A stretch of 64,000 bases of DNA from Ylistrum balloti (taxonomy: Eukaryota), in the NCBI RefSeq assembly GCF_031769215.1, contig NW_026781866.1:186001-250000 (forward strand), read 5' to 3'. Position 1 is the first letter of the stretch; each line of letters opens with the position of its first letter. Positions 1-12,655 of this stretch are shown piece by piece. Under the pieces are notes generated by a model. It had not been told where the DNA came from, searched no databases, and was given only the letters and a program-made list of their open reading frames with translations. The position numbers and the translations under genes were made by a program.

Positions 1-36
1 AATGTAAATTGCCACGAATGTATAAGTTTGATTACT

Positions 37-42
37 TTTATT
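37..42 (-). terminator. Polyadenylation signal AATAAA of the small secreted-protein gene
   Basis: TTTATT on + strand, about 55 nt downstream (minus sense) of the TGA at 97-99. Confidence 0.7.
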
Positions 43-96
43 GTTGATCATCTTGTACATGAACTGTACCTTTGGAAGGAAAATGAAAAGATTGAA

Positions 97-341
97 TCAG
101 CCATCATATCCACAGTAGTCATCTCCCATCCATCCTCCGCAACCCCAGCCTCCGTATGACATGGGCATATTGTAACCATAGCTGTACCCTCCAGGGCCTC
201 CCCATCCTCCCATGTTTCCGTATCCGCTGGCCATACCTGGCATCCAATATGAATTCATGCCACCGAATCTACCGGGGAAATAGCCACCATCGTCAGATCC
301 CCATCCGTCGTCACCCCAGCCTCCATACCAGGGGTAACTTG
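97..341 (-). CDS. Exon 2 (terminal) of a small secreted Gly/Tyr/Trp/Met-rich protein
   Basis: Minus strand reads tttctgtatatttgaacag|CA AGT TAC..., open to TGA: (A)SYPWYGGWGDDGWGSDDGGYFPGRFGGMNSYWMPGMASGYGNMGGWGGPGGYSYGYNMPMSYGGWGCGGWMGDDYCGYDG*. The phase-1 acceptor matches exon 1. Confidence 0.9.
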
Positions 342-899
342 CTGTTCAAATATACAGAAAAATGTTACATTGAATTATATAACCAGTTGGTATTATAATA
401 TAGATATCGGCTTCACATGTAGGTGTTTTCCCTTTACATTCGACTGCTTGTAATTTAGTATTGAACTGTTGTGATTGTGATAATTATGGTGGCCTTAAAT
501 GACAGCCTCCCAGTTATGCTTGGACTTTGGCCTGACGATGTTCAAAATTATGGCATTGTAATGGTAACCAGGTGTATGTCATTTGTTGTACTTACTAGTT
601 CATTTGTTTGTATCGTTTCATAGCCAGTTAAATGTAAATACAGATAAATGGACATAGTTATTTACTCAAAAGATTAAAAATGCATTCGCAAACGATTTTT
701 TGTTCATTACATGTTGTTCAGCCAGATAGAATACATTTCATAAGGTTATTGTTGCTGGTGAAGATCTTGTAATGATATTGATTAATACGTTTGGTTGGAA
801 ATCATATTAAAAGCATTTTCGCAATACAACTTTTTGAATTTACTTAAAAGACGTATGTGTTTATATACTAATGTTAGTAATAACATCATAAAGGCTCAC

Positions 900-957
900 C
901 TGATACAACGGTCAAGCAGAAGACCAGAACAGCACAACAAACACTTAATTTTCCCAT
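900..957 (-). CDS. Exon 1 (signal peptide) of the small secreted protein
   Basis: gccatcATG GGA...GTA TCA G|gtgag gives MGKLSVCCAVLVFCLTVVS plus G|CA (Ala). It has a hydrophobic core and a V-S-A cleavage motif. Spliced CDS is 58+245=303 nt = 100 aa + stop. Confidence 0.9.
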
Positions 958-1012
958 GATGGCAATGACGGATTCGGTGACTCTCGGCAGGTGTTTGTTG
1001 GCCGATCACAGC

Positions 1013-1020
1013 TATTTATA
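1013..1020 (-). promoter_or_regulatory. TATA box (TATAAATA) of the small secreted-protein gene
   Basis: tatttata on + strand, about 55 nt upstream of the ATG at 957. Confidence 0.75.
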
Positions 1021-1728
1021 TAGGCCTCGTGGTCCTTAACCTTTTCAGGTATTCAGCGTGCACATGAACAAAATTTAATTATCTAAATGATTATAAAACA
1101 TCATTACCGACAAATTACTTGTAACCACATTTGACATGTTGCTGGTGATTAATGTTACATTCAAGCAGCGATGAATACCTAATTGATAATACGACGTTAT
1201 TTATATACGGAAGTACAAACATGTATATCTACAAACTTTAAAGTACGAATGCTGACATTATGACATGAGTTTATGTCTATATAGATGAAGTACTTTTCCT
1301 TGATACTATATTAGCTATAAATGTCGTTTAAATCATTTTGTTTTGTTATCCATCTTCTTACCATATACATATATATATATATTTACATGTATGTTGTACA
1401 AGAAGCATTGTTTTATTGTTGTTACAAAACGAATTAAATAAATGTGGTAATTCATATGTTGTTGTTTTATGGAGCGTAATAAGATTAATAACATTATGCA
1501 CCATGACAAACTTTGTCAATTAGGCCAAATAAAATAAATCATGAATATAAACAAGATTCGTACACAAAAAATGTTTGTCAAAACTCAAAAACTGATTGTC
1601 AGTGAGACATCTCCACAACACATACATATACTCAAGGGATAAAGAAACGCAATATAACATTATTTGCAATATCTTGCGAACGTGTTGTTCAAAAACAATG
1701 AAAATTGGTCAAGCAACTCTCTAGACTA

Positions 1729-2490
1729 CAGTTCACGCGGTTTTGTATCTAATGTTGCATTATTGTATTACGTGAAAATGTCTTCGAGGAAAGCACGAAA
1801 CGGGAAAATCTCGTGCACAGCAGTGTTATGACATTGAGTTACACTGCTAGTCATACAATTAGGTAGTCTTCATAGAGACACATTATTTTCCGATATTTTG
1901 ATTAATTTTAACATTAAACAATGGTATGGCTGACGGGAGTTCAGAGGGGTCAGGCCAAGGTGATGATTATGCAAGGTCAAAGGGAAATATAGGTTGCCGG
2001 ACATTTCAGTGTCCATATTTGCACTACAGAACGTCTTGTTAGCGTCTAAGGGAAACTTGGCAGGTTGCTGATAGACCTAGGTCTTGGCGTCCACGCGTGA
2101 CGTTACAACATTAGGACAGGTCTATTCGTCCCGCCCATTTCCGCAATCGGCACCTTACTGCCACTGAATCTGCTCTTCATACAACATGTACTAATAACAG
2201 TCATATCCATGCAAAAACTACCGAAACGATTGTAGGAAGTTGGTCTGAGGGCACGTCACCCGTTTTAAGATCTGCCCCTTACCGCCGTATGGTTTAAGAG
2301 GCGGCACATGCCTCCAAAATTATTCCCAATGAGGCAGTGGACGCGGGTCATGTTTACTGATGAGTCCCGGTTAACTCTGTTTTGAGCAAACGGTCGACGT
2401 CGTATATACCGGCTTCGTGCAGAACGTTTTACCGACTACTGCTTAGTAGAGACGGATAGGTTTGGGGGTGGATCGGTTATGGTGTGGGGC
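1729..2490 (+). mobile_element. Tc1/mariner transposon remnant (disrupted transposase, 3' truncated)
   Basis: From ~1921, manual translation gives an HTH-like start (..QRGQA..MQGQ....VA.HF.VH), ADRPRS.RPRVT, RVMFTDESR and ETDRFGGGSVMVWG, with stops and frameshifts. A possible TA|CAGT left end lies at 1727-1732. Confidence 0.85.
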
Positions 2491-5400
2491 TTTAGCCTCG
2501 TATAAAAACAAGTCAGCCAACACAGGGGCACAGTCAATTCCCAAAGGTATGGCAATTGTCTGTGGGAAGATCTTACTACCAAACTCGATGAAGAAAATCG
2601 ACTATTTTTTTATGCTATCGTCCGCCGTATATGTCTTCTTTGATTTGGACGAAATGCATTTTTGTATATTTCAAGACAATATATTTGTACTGACGTTAAC
2701 ATTTCTTTGAAAAGAATGCTCTCATAACAAGAGAACAACGACGTTCTGTTTAGAAAGGAGTATAGTGTTGTACAGAACGGAAAATCAAAAGTTCTTATAA
2801 AAGAAAAGTTTGTTTTGGAGAGGGTTCTGTAATTCTACATATTATCAATTCCGCTTCTCGAGTAAACAATATCACGATAAGACTGTAACCCAGATATGAT
2901 AATGATAAGAGAGATGACTAAGAGTTTTGACTACGATTTGGTTGAACAGCTAGACGAGCAAGCAATAACACGTTTTTATATGGATTCTTGTAAAATTTTA
3001 GAATTCAATAAGATAGAGAAGTTCATCTCCTTAGCATTAATAAAATAAATCATTGTAATTCAGCCTAAATGTTTGAGTCTGACACTCCCAAAGGCCGATA
3101 TGGTTTTAAATTATACACTTGTGTAGGAATCGATTTTGTATAAATGGTCGAATTCGACTCCTAGGGGTGGGAAGGAGGCAGGAAGAGAATAGAACAAATT
3201 CTCCAAAATCCTTCTTCTTAATAGAAATGATTTTAACAGTATATTTAGCCTATCTTTAGAACACAAGTAAATGATTTTTGTCCGCATTCGTTTCTTATCA
3301 GTCTGTATGTCTACGGTATACCGCATTCACTAATAACCTATCCAGCTAGTCGTACATCATCCCGATTTCCTTTAACATTATTTAGGTGTATATCTACTGA
3401 CGGTGAGTAGTTTTGACCTTTTAAAAGGTACGTGACTATTATATTATTTGTAACTAATAGCATAGACCTGACGGTTGGATTAGCATGGGTCACATAACAA
3501 ACGCAATCCTAGCAATTATACACAATATATAACATTACTTGATATGCAAAAGGACATTAAGGTGTTATGGTTGAGGAGAATGAACAATAACATTAGTGAT
3601 ATCTTTTATGAATCTAGATTAACAACAAAATATGATCGGGAGAAAGCTTTTTAGGGAGACTCCTGAAAAAGTAACCTCTACGGCCAGGTGTGATCTAAAG
3701 CAACACAAGTTTTGCTTCTACGACAGTAAGGTTCAACGATACCTTACACACCTCACGCAAGTTTGTGGCATGTTCTCTCTGTTTTGACATAATACAGTAC
3801 CGCCAAAACTTTTGTACGAATGTTATTTTTTGAAGGCGATGTCTTATATGAAAATTATCTTATCATTTCTTATTACTACTCATCATTTCATAATATGAAA
3901 AATCTTTAATGTGGAATTTAGGACATTGTTCAATTTTAACAGTCGTAAATACTGTTGTTATCGCGTTTGTAGAAATATTGTTTGAAGTTCAATCACCATG
4001 CAGTAATCAATACTTCTCTTATCAAAAATTTATCGAAACCAGAGTAATATCTGACAGGACCAATATCAGAAGTGTTTAACATTAATTTTTACAGTATCCT
4101 ATAACCCATACGTTAATAACTGCTCAAATGCGTTGGAGATTCCCGGTTCATCCAGTCATGTGCAACGGGCTTCTGACACCTTCCTAGTCAGATATTGCGA
4201 GTGGGGTTAGTATCAGGTGTGGTTTTACTGCTGTATATCTTGCAGTCTATTCAATGCGAAAACAATCGTTTGTTCTTTTGTTAATAAACATAGATATTTT
4301 GGAACTTACAAGTAATTCTGTCTTTTATTAACACCTGATAAAAGCAGAAAACATAGTTTTTGTGATTTCTGCTAAATATTTATAAGATTTTATGACTATT
4401 AATGTCTGCCTACGATATTTTTTTTTTTAATTTCATAAGTATGGAATTTATTTAGTTGCTTAACGTTTTACCAGCGGCTATGTGTATAATCATTTAACGA
4501 CAATCTCCGCCCTATGTATCGTTGTGGTGGTGTTGATTACGTGGATCAAAATATGATCGTGTCATTTTCCGATGTCTCGGCTATGATGTATTGTTAAAAT
4601 GTATGTGTTTGTGAACATATGACCTGGATATGCGATATACAGAAAATGATTATAAAGCAGGGGCCCAATTGCCATTCATCCGTCACTTGGCATTCATTGC
4701 TTTTCCCTAAAACATCCCGCTACCATTCATATTCAAACTGCGTCAATATCTAATTTATTTCAATTCAGCATTGAATCTTTCTTTTTATCGATTTCATGAG
4801 GTGGTGCATGGAGTTAATATACAGATAAATTTAATGAACTGCGAAACAGTTCATGATGGATTTATCTCAGGAACAACTCGCTTCATCACCATATGAAATC
4901 GACAAAAGCAAAATTTCATGTTTATATTTCAATTAAGACGGTTTGTATTCAATATTTGGAACAAATCCAAAGTCTGCAGTCTCTAGAACTTGTGCAAGTC
5001 TAATGGATTACGTTAAAAATATAGTCCAATATATAAATCAGATGATGAAACAGTGCTACTCCATATTACGATTATGCGACACACTAAGGTTTTAGCAAAG
5101 TTTACCCCTTCGATCTTGAATATTGGTCAGGGTAATATCTTTTTGAAAACGTTAGCAGGATACCTTTAAGGAACCACCAAGTCGACTGTTTGACGTTTGG
5201 TCATTTGTTTGTAGCGAAGTTTTTTAAAGTTGATAACGGACTGACGACGGAACGTCAATAACAGTACACCTAGCATCAGCAGGACAATTCGTTTAGCCAC
5301 CACTTCTTTCTGATCTAAATCATATTACGGAAGAGAAATATTGATAATTACGTGCCAGCTGAAATGCTAATACCTACTAACTCTAGGGCGGAATACTTGT

Positions 5401-5943
5401 GAATAAGAAGAAAGCTGTTAAGAGAAATATTGATAATTACGTGCCAGCTGAAATGCTTATACCCACTAACTCTAGTTAATAACAATAAATCTTATTCATT
5501 TATTGCAAGACGATATCGATTTCATACATTCTGCTATTGCTTAATATTTTCCATTACAATTATTCACAAAGTTTTACATCGTGATAAATTTTATTCCTTG
5601 CTACCTATCACACACTAGCATTCAAAATTAGGATCATAGCACTGTGTTCAAATAATTGTATAGTCTATGTCTTGTATTGTGTTACAATCTGTATTACTAA
5701 AATGTACAATGATGTTGTATAAAAATATGAAAAGAACCTGACACCCGGCTAACCACCTGTATCTGTGGTAACATCTATGATATGAAGAATACTCCGACAC
5801 TCCGAGTGAACACGCCTTCCTCAGACAGCGCCTCGCTTCACTTGATGCGCATAATACAAGGTTTCTTCACAAACAAACATTCAGATACCGAAAAGGTAAA
5901 CAACAACTGGCCGACTCTACCAGTTGTAGGTTTTAATACAGAG

Positions 5944-5966
5944 ATGGCGGTATCTCGTTACTTAAG
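5944..5966 (+). CDS. Fucosyltransferase copy 1, first coding micro-exon (MAVSRYL-R)
   Basis: ATG GCG GTA TCT CGT TAC TTA AG|gtaagg has a strong donor. Phase 2 matches the acceptor at 11354|11355. Confidence 0.75.
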
Positions 5967-7899
5967 GTAAGGCTTGCTTTTTTTTAAAATATGGCAATAT
6001 ATATCGGAGACGGATAATATATTCTAAGCAATAATGACAACCATTTAGGAGTTCTTGGGTCTAGAAACTTTATGTATTGATCTGACAGTATTTCATCATT
6101 AAGGTCGACAACCCAACAGTACATTTCCAGTTTTTGTTGCAATCTAAATAAATATGACACTCGTCCAAGGATGTAGTATCAAAGGACTTTCACGGAAAAT
6201 GACAGCCTCTTGGCTAATTAACTAGGATTAGTACATGAATGAAACTTGATATTGATTGTAATTAAATATTTCCAACGAGATTGATCTAATGTCATAAAGG
6301 ACGCATCACGTCCTGTTAAAATCCTGTTTAGAAAATTTGTTACATGAAGTGATGGAATCAGATTTCAGGTGTAGGTTTTAAAGGATGTAGTGACCACCAG
6401 CAAGTTAAAAGGGTGGTGTACTGGCAGGTTAGACATCATAACAGCAGATTCCTCTGTGTGTCTGATCAATTATCAACAGTCACTGTGTCCACCAATCTGC
6501 ATTTATACACGTTCTATATATTATCCATTACTCATGAACGAAATGATTGTCGTAACATACTTTCCTGAAAACAAACTTCACATGTATAAATACGTACAAG
6601 TGGTGACGTTTTAATGCTAATGAAAGAATCAATCATTGATTTGGTTTTAATGATCTTACTGATATGACATTTCCTCATTATCGATTATTGCTGTCGACGT
6701 TTTACAAACTGTCTTTACTCAAATCAATGTGCATATGTGCACGTTATATTAATTACCCATTCCTTTCATGAAAAAAATAGTAACATATTTACCTGTAAAC
6801 TTACACGACGTCACATGTTCATAGAGCTAATGACGTTCATTTATTTTGAATAATCGCAATGAAGTTAAGTTTTTCATTATCCAATATAATTGACCTCGTT
6901 TATTAACTGTCACTGTCTATATCAACGTGCATTTGTACACGTTCTATACATTACACAAAAAATAACAGTATTTGTCATTGATTTATTTTTAGTAATTTCA
7001 ATGATATGGCATTTTTCCTATCGACTATTGCTTTCATTATTTTCCGTAATCTTTGATACATGGGCAGCTACGTTTCGGATGTGTATATATGTAAGATGGT
7101 GCTTGTATATAGTGCATGCTGATGTTTTTGGACAACTGATGATGTGTTTATCTTGAATGTAGCTAGTAGTAAATAAATGTGTGCATTCGCTACCGGCACT
7201 TGTGTAGCCGAGTGCAATAGTTTTTGAAGGGTGAGTGCATTATATGGGATTTGTTTGTGTATGGTGTATGGTGGATTCTATTTGTGTTTGGGATTTAATT
7301 TAACAATACAGTTTGTAGTTTATAAACATGGTTGTATGTTGTGTAAATAGCAGGCCAAATTTACTAGCATTTCCCATCAAAAGCAAATTATTCCCCTGGG
7401 TTATATAAAATTTTCAATATCAGTTTGAAAATTTTGTTTCATTTCATGTTTTTGTAACATGGTGACTCATGACACTTCCTAAGTATATTGGTAAAGTAAT
7501 TGTACTACTAAACCCTGTCTACTTCCTAACTTAGTACTTTCAACACGTGGACCTCGTCTCTTGCAAACTGATTATGTTTGGACGCGAAAATATGCTTAGT
7601 ATGCATATCGTATTACATAAGGCTTGTTAGATTTACTTATTGTATCAGCAACCAGTTTATTTGTGGTTTATAAAATCAATGCAATTCCTATCATGGTATT
7701 TCTTTATATCCTTATAAAAGATAAACCTCCTTTAAACTTGTGTAATGTAAATAAGTCGGATGAATATTCTGATACTCTACATGCAAATTCTATTTTAAAG
7801 AATACTTTATCCTTTGTCATAGCTACTCCATCTATCGTTCTGGGCCGTACCCAAACTTGAACTTTGTAAGTGTTATTGGCAGTTGGTCGACTGGTATGG

Positions 7900-10800
7900 C
7901 TATTGTATATCTAATAACTTTTCAACATTCCGAGTCCTGGTAGTTTATCCGTTTCTAATTTAGAAGCAATTCTTAACCAAGTCTTTTTATCAATATTGCA
8001 ATACAATGTTCATAGCTTATTCCCTTAAATGGTCTTAAGTTTAAGTGAACTACAATATCAACTATCAAAATGATATTTTATCATTTACTGAAACTTGGTT
8101 ATCACCTATTACAGAAAAGTCAGGCAAACATTTTCTTTCTAAATTTCATGGCCAATTTGTAAAAAAAATCTCGGTCAGATAGGATTGATGGGGGTATTAC
8201 CGTGTATATTAATAAAAATATTACTACCATCCGCCGTTCGGAATTTGAAATAAATAATCTGGAATGCCTTTGGGTAGAACTGCGGCTTCACAATACCATT
8301 ATTATGTTAGGTACGTTTTATAGACCTCCAAACTCTGGAATTTTGCATTTAATTGATCTTTCTGTCGACGTGGTTGCTAAACCATAAATCGGATAGTATA
8401 TTGATAACTGGTGACTTCAATGAAAATCAATTAGCTACTAACTCTCATCATATTATTGATTTAATGAATCCATATAATTTTATTCAATTTTTTTTTGTTG
8501 ACGAACCCACTCATTTTACAGAGAACTCCTCGCGTTTTAGATATATTTATGACAAATAAGATAAGGGTTATTAAGGAAGTTGTTGTGGGGGAATCTTTTT
8601 TTACCTGCTGAGACTAGATATTACTGTCCTATTTATATATTATTAGATGCTGGTGGTAATATTTTTAATATGAGTATTCAAAGGCATATATGGTTATATA
8701 CAAACGGTGACTATAACATTTTTATGGTATATTGAATATTGACTGGATTAGTCCATTTAAAAATTTACCAATTGATGAAATTGATTTTTTTTTTAATTCC
8801 ACAAATTTAAACACTGCTAAAATATAAATTCCTAATAAAACCATAATATAAGGAATACTGAACGACTACAGATGCATATTGAGGCGAGAAAATTAATAAT
8901 AGATCGACAAAATTACATTGAAAATTTAGACGGGCAAGAAATAAATGCATTGTTGCCATTTGAAAAGCAAAAACGAATATATCCTTAAGTTAACTGGTAA
9001 GATAAAATTAATGTCTCCATCGACACAAGACTGATTGAAGATGATTAATACTTTTACAAATGTTTCAAACAAAACATCTCATACTATGGTGATAAAATAA
9101 ACAAAACGCAGATCTTTTCAATAATTATTTTATTTGTCAGTCTACTATCGACGACTTTAATGTAACACTTCCACCTAATGTAACTACTCTCAATAATAAA
9201 CTCGAAAATATTTATGTTGCTGAACCAGTTGTTGAAGATACAATAAATATGTTGGATATATCTAAAGTTTCAGGTTCAGATAATTTGAGTCCAAGAATTA
9301 TTAAGGAATCAAAGACATGGTATGTTATTTCAATCCTTTCTAAATTGTTAATTAAATCTATTGACTGTGGTATATATTCTACAATATGGAAAGTCGCTAA
9401 TGTTACCCCATTTAATTTCAGTAATAATTACCATAACTGCAGTATGAAAATTATGTTACCTACACCAATCTTTGTATCCCAAAAACAAAAGATTCAGAAT
9501 CCCTGCCTTTTCTACGATCTATGAGCCATCACGGCAGAAATATAGAGTGATCTCCCTTCCTCTTTTCTTTATTGCTGCCGACGAGTGTGGACGGTTCTAA
9601 GCTGAGTGCTTTCACTTCCTTCTCGTTGTACTTCCATTTATTATTTGAGTATTATTGCTACTCATTTAGAAGTGTTTAACCCATCTCCCAATCTATTTTG
9701 TCGTTTTAAGACTTGTCAAGCCCCCCCCCCTTCCCCCTGCCTGTCGGCGAAATTCCAACCGGAAGAGGGGTTCTTCATCTTCTTCCGGTAGGCCTTGTAG
9801 GTCCTCGGCCTCCGGTTCTGCCGGGAATGCTCTCGTTCCTCCGAGCTAATCCCTCGAGCAGGGGAGAGCAGTCTGACCCTGACTCGGCGCAGTCCAGGGT
9901 CGAATTGACCGGGAGCTTCCGTTTGCCGGCGGTTTTACCGTCGGGTAGGGACTTCCGGCCGCCGGTCACTGATTTGTTCTTTTGGCTCTGAAGTCCTTCC
10001 GGGGGATCCTGCAGTGCAGTGATTTGTGTGGCTACAGACACTTCTATAGTTGTCGCGTATCCAAACAGACAGCGGGGCGCCAGGTCTCACGTCCTGTGTG
10101 CTCTCGTCATCCGCATTTTTCTTCTCTGCCAGGAGATGCAGTTGACCATCGCGGTCAAGCACCTTCCTGGCAGGCTGAACGTGTTGTCGTACTGGGACGG
10201 GATGTATGCATATGCATCCCCACTCCTTCAACCTGGTGGGCAGGGTGCTACAGAAGTTCACTGCATCACTGCTTCCTACATCTGAAAGCCCATCTGTGTC
10301 CGAGGCAACCTTGATAGCTTTTGATAGGGTTTGGCACACAAAAAGAAAAATTCCGGCATTTCAGGCAAATATTTTGGTGCAAAAATCATTTAACTTACAG
10401 AGGTCAAAGGGATGTTATACATGGACTTTTTCTGAGACTTAAAATATCAAAGTACGTGTAACTCAAGGTTCAACATTAAATGCTCTCTTCTTTTTAGTAT
10501 ATATTGATGTCAAACCTAATTCCAAGTATAAGGTATCCATAGGCATATTACTAGAAATTCAAATCACTTTCTGTTTATTAATTACATGCCTCAGTTTTAT
10601 GAAACATCATTTTTAAATTCTTCAGTATATTTATGAAAATCGTTACCAATCAATATTCGCGAAAATCCGTCTGACAGGAAATTTAAAGGCTTTTTACATA
10701 AAGGCAATGTAATGATTCCTCAATATTTTAATATTGGAAGTAGAAACTTTTTACATACAAGATTGAGACTCAAATGTAGTAATCTTAACAACATTTATAC
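7900..10800 (+). mobile_element. Degenerate CR1/L2-like LINE (APE + RT fragments) in the FucT intron, interrupted at ~9440-10283
   Basis: APE motifs SILQYNV, ECLWVEL..LGTFYRPPNS, ILITGDFN and EPTHFTE. RT motifs LDISK.SGSDNLSPRIIKE and WKVANVTP, then AFDRVWH after the DIRS piece. Confidence 0.85.
9520..10283 (+). mobile_element. Internally deleted DIRS-like retrotransposon remnant
   Basis: ORF 10019-10285 has a DIRS-type RNase H (VATDTSIVVAY.NRQ.GARSHVLCALV....VKHLPGRLNVL) followed by WDGMYAYA.P..LVGRVLQK. The block is GC-rich against its flanks. Confidence 0.8.
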
Positions 10801-10928
10801 TTAAAGAATCTGGAGGAAAGTCCATTATGTTCATGCGTGTTAAATATGTTCATGCGGGTTAGTAGAAAGTATCCACTATTTTTTATTGTCTTTTGTTTCC
10901 CAAAACACTTTGCGCAGATGTCTTTTTG

Positions 10929-10972
10929 GTGTGTGTGTGTGGGTGTGCGTGCGTGTGTTCGTACATGCGTTC

Positions 10973-11002
<30 letters not shown>
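10929..11002. repeat. (GT)n compound microsatellite
   Basis: Direct reading; the duplicate at 19720-19790 differs in length. Confidence 0.95.
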
Positions 11003-11003
<1 letters not shown>

Positions 11004-11354
11004 ACAGATAGAGAGTCAGGTAGAGACAGACATACAGAGAGGTATTTCTTTGAAACAGCTATGAGATTTTCATATGTAATTTCATATAAGGAGTCACCCA
11101 GGTCACAGTACACTATAGTCTCTTTTACCAGACTGAATGCGTGTATAAATTTAACTGTTCAGTTGACTTTAGAATAACACCCATACCAAAACTCAGCATT
11201 ATGTTAGTGTGACAAACGTCAACCCCATGTAAAAACCGTATTAAACAGGTACAACATGCATGAGTTTAAGGGATATAACGGTACAATAAAAATTCCACAA
11301 GAAAAATAAAGTTCTGTTATATTTATTTGAGAATTCTTTTTTTCTTTCCGACAG

Positions 11355-12447
11355 GTCTCGATCAAAGTTGGTGATGACAGTATTTGTTCTGATAATCATC
11401 TTCATATTCATAAATCGATTCTACCAAGATCGTCACGAAATTAGCGTAATGCAGCCAATGACAAAGGTCGTGATGCAGCCGAAACAAGAAATTTCACAAC
11501 ACCAAGAGAACATAGAAGTTCATTATTATAATAAACCCCCGTCAGTTTCTCTACAGGCATTCAGTAGGTGTCCGGATCGCTGTAGCATGACTTCCGGCGA
11601 GAAGGAGTATATCAATAAGAAAATAGTAATTTTTCATGGACCAGATTTGCGTGGAAAACCACCAATGAAATATCGAGGACAACTTTGGATCATGCAATCT
11701 ATGGAGCCACCAACAATTTATGCAGACTATTTAAAGCAATGGCATCGAGTATTTAATTGGACTCTCGTACACAGAAGAGATTCAGATATATTCTCACCCT
11801 ACGGATCGTTCGCACCAAACCGTTCAGTTCCTGTCAATGATATCCAACCAATTGCCTGGACTAAAAAAGATAAGACAGCAGCTTGGTTTGTATCCAACTG
11901 TAAAGCACAAAGCAGAAGACTAGAGTACGTCCAATACCTACAACGGTACGTCGACATTCATATTTATGGGAAATGTGGCAATATGAGTTGTCCCCGTTCT
12001 ATGCACAACAACTGTCTGACTAAACTACAGGATCAGTACAAATTTTATTTGGCTTTTGAAAACAGTCTGTGCGCAGATTACATTACGGAGAAAACAACTC
12101 GACTTTTCCAAGAAGGCCTTGACGTCATACCGATCGTCAGGGGAACAGGTGAATTGTACAGGATGCACCTTCCTCCGAACTCTTTTATCAATGCACATGA
12201 CTTTACCGTTAAAGAATTGGCACAAAAAATGAAATCCATCTCCAATAACAAAGCCGAATTCATGAAATATTTTTCCTGGAGAAAAAATTACTACGCTGAA
12301 GAAATAGATTTGTTCTATTGCGATCTTTGTAAGAAATTACACAACGCTGACAAATACAAGCGTTTGTATGAATCGGTCTCACATTGGATTAATGACCATC
12401 CAGACCATAGGAATTGCCAGGAACCCACAGATGTACATGACAGTTGA
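11355..12447 (+). CDS. Alpha-1,3-fucosyltransferase-like (GT10), copy 1, main exon
   Basis: Acceptor ttctttttttctttccgacag|G. N-terminal TM LVMTVFVLIIIFIFI. GT10 motifs SMEPP, FNWT..HRRDSDI..PYG, AAWFVSNC and YKFYLAFENSLCADYITEK. Spliced product 371 aa. Confidence 0.95.
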
Positions 12448-12552
12448 AATATAAAGTGAACCATATTGAAGTATACAGCATCGCGCGGGTTGCCTTCCGC
12501 CCCAAGAGAATGTTTTACTATATATTATTCAGCAGTATTTAAGCAAAAAACA

Positions 12553-12655
12553 CATTATTATCATTGCAATCTTTACGGCCCGTCAACACAGAAAAGGTCA
12601 ATTACCATCATCAACCGGTGAAAGGCTCAACGATCTGAAAGGAAATAACATGCAG
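12553..12655 (-). mobile_element. Short 3' end of an I-clade LINE (duplicate at ~21430-21532)
   Basis: Matches the 3' UTR/TAA-repeat tail of the longer copies at 39860 and 42675. Confidence 0.7.

Noticed and set aside
156-398. 80-aa plus-strand ORF
   Set aside because: Antisense shadow of the real minus-strand Gly-rich exon.
5330-5476. Local ~56-bp direct repeat (aagagaaatattgataattacgtgccagctgaaatgct...) as a CRISPR-like or regulatory array
   Set aside because: Only two copies with one spacer, in eukaryotic context; an ordinary small duplication.
7905-7945. Possible degenerate 2A motif (..NIPSPG..) in the intronic LINE
   Set aside because: Too decayed to align to DxExNPGP with confidence.
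9713-9991. Pro-rich 92-aa ORF and overlapping antisense ORFs as host genes
   Set aside because: They lie within the GC-rich DIRS remnant and have no recognisable domain or splice context.
10883-11177. ORFs with VCVC/HTHT repeats
   Set aside because: Translations of a (GT)n microsatellite.
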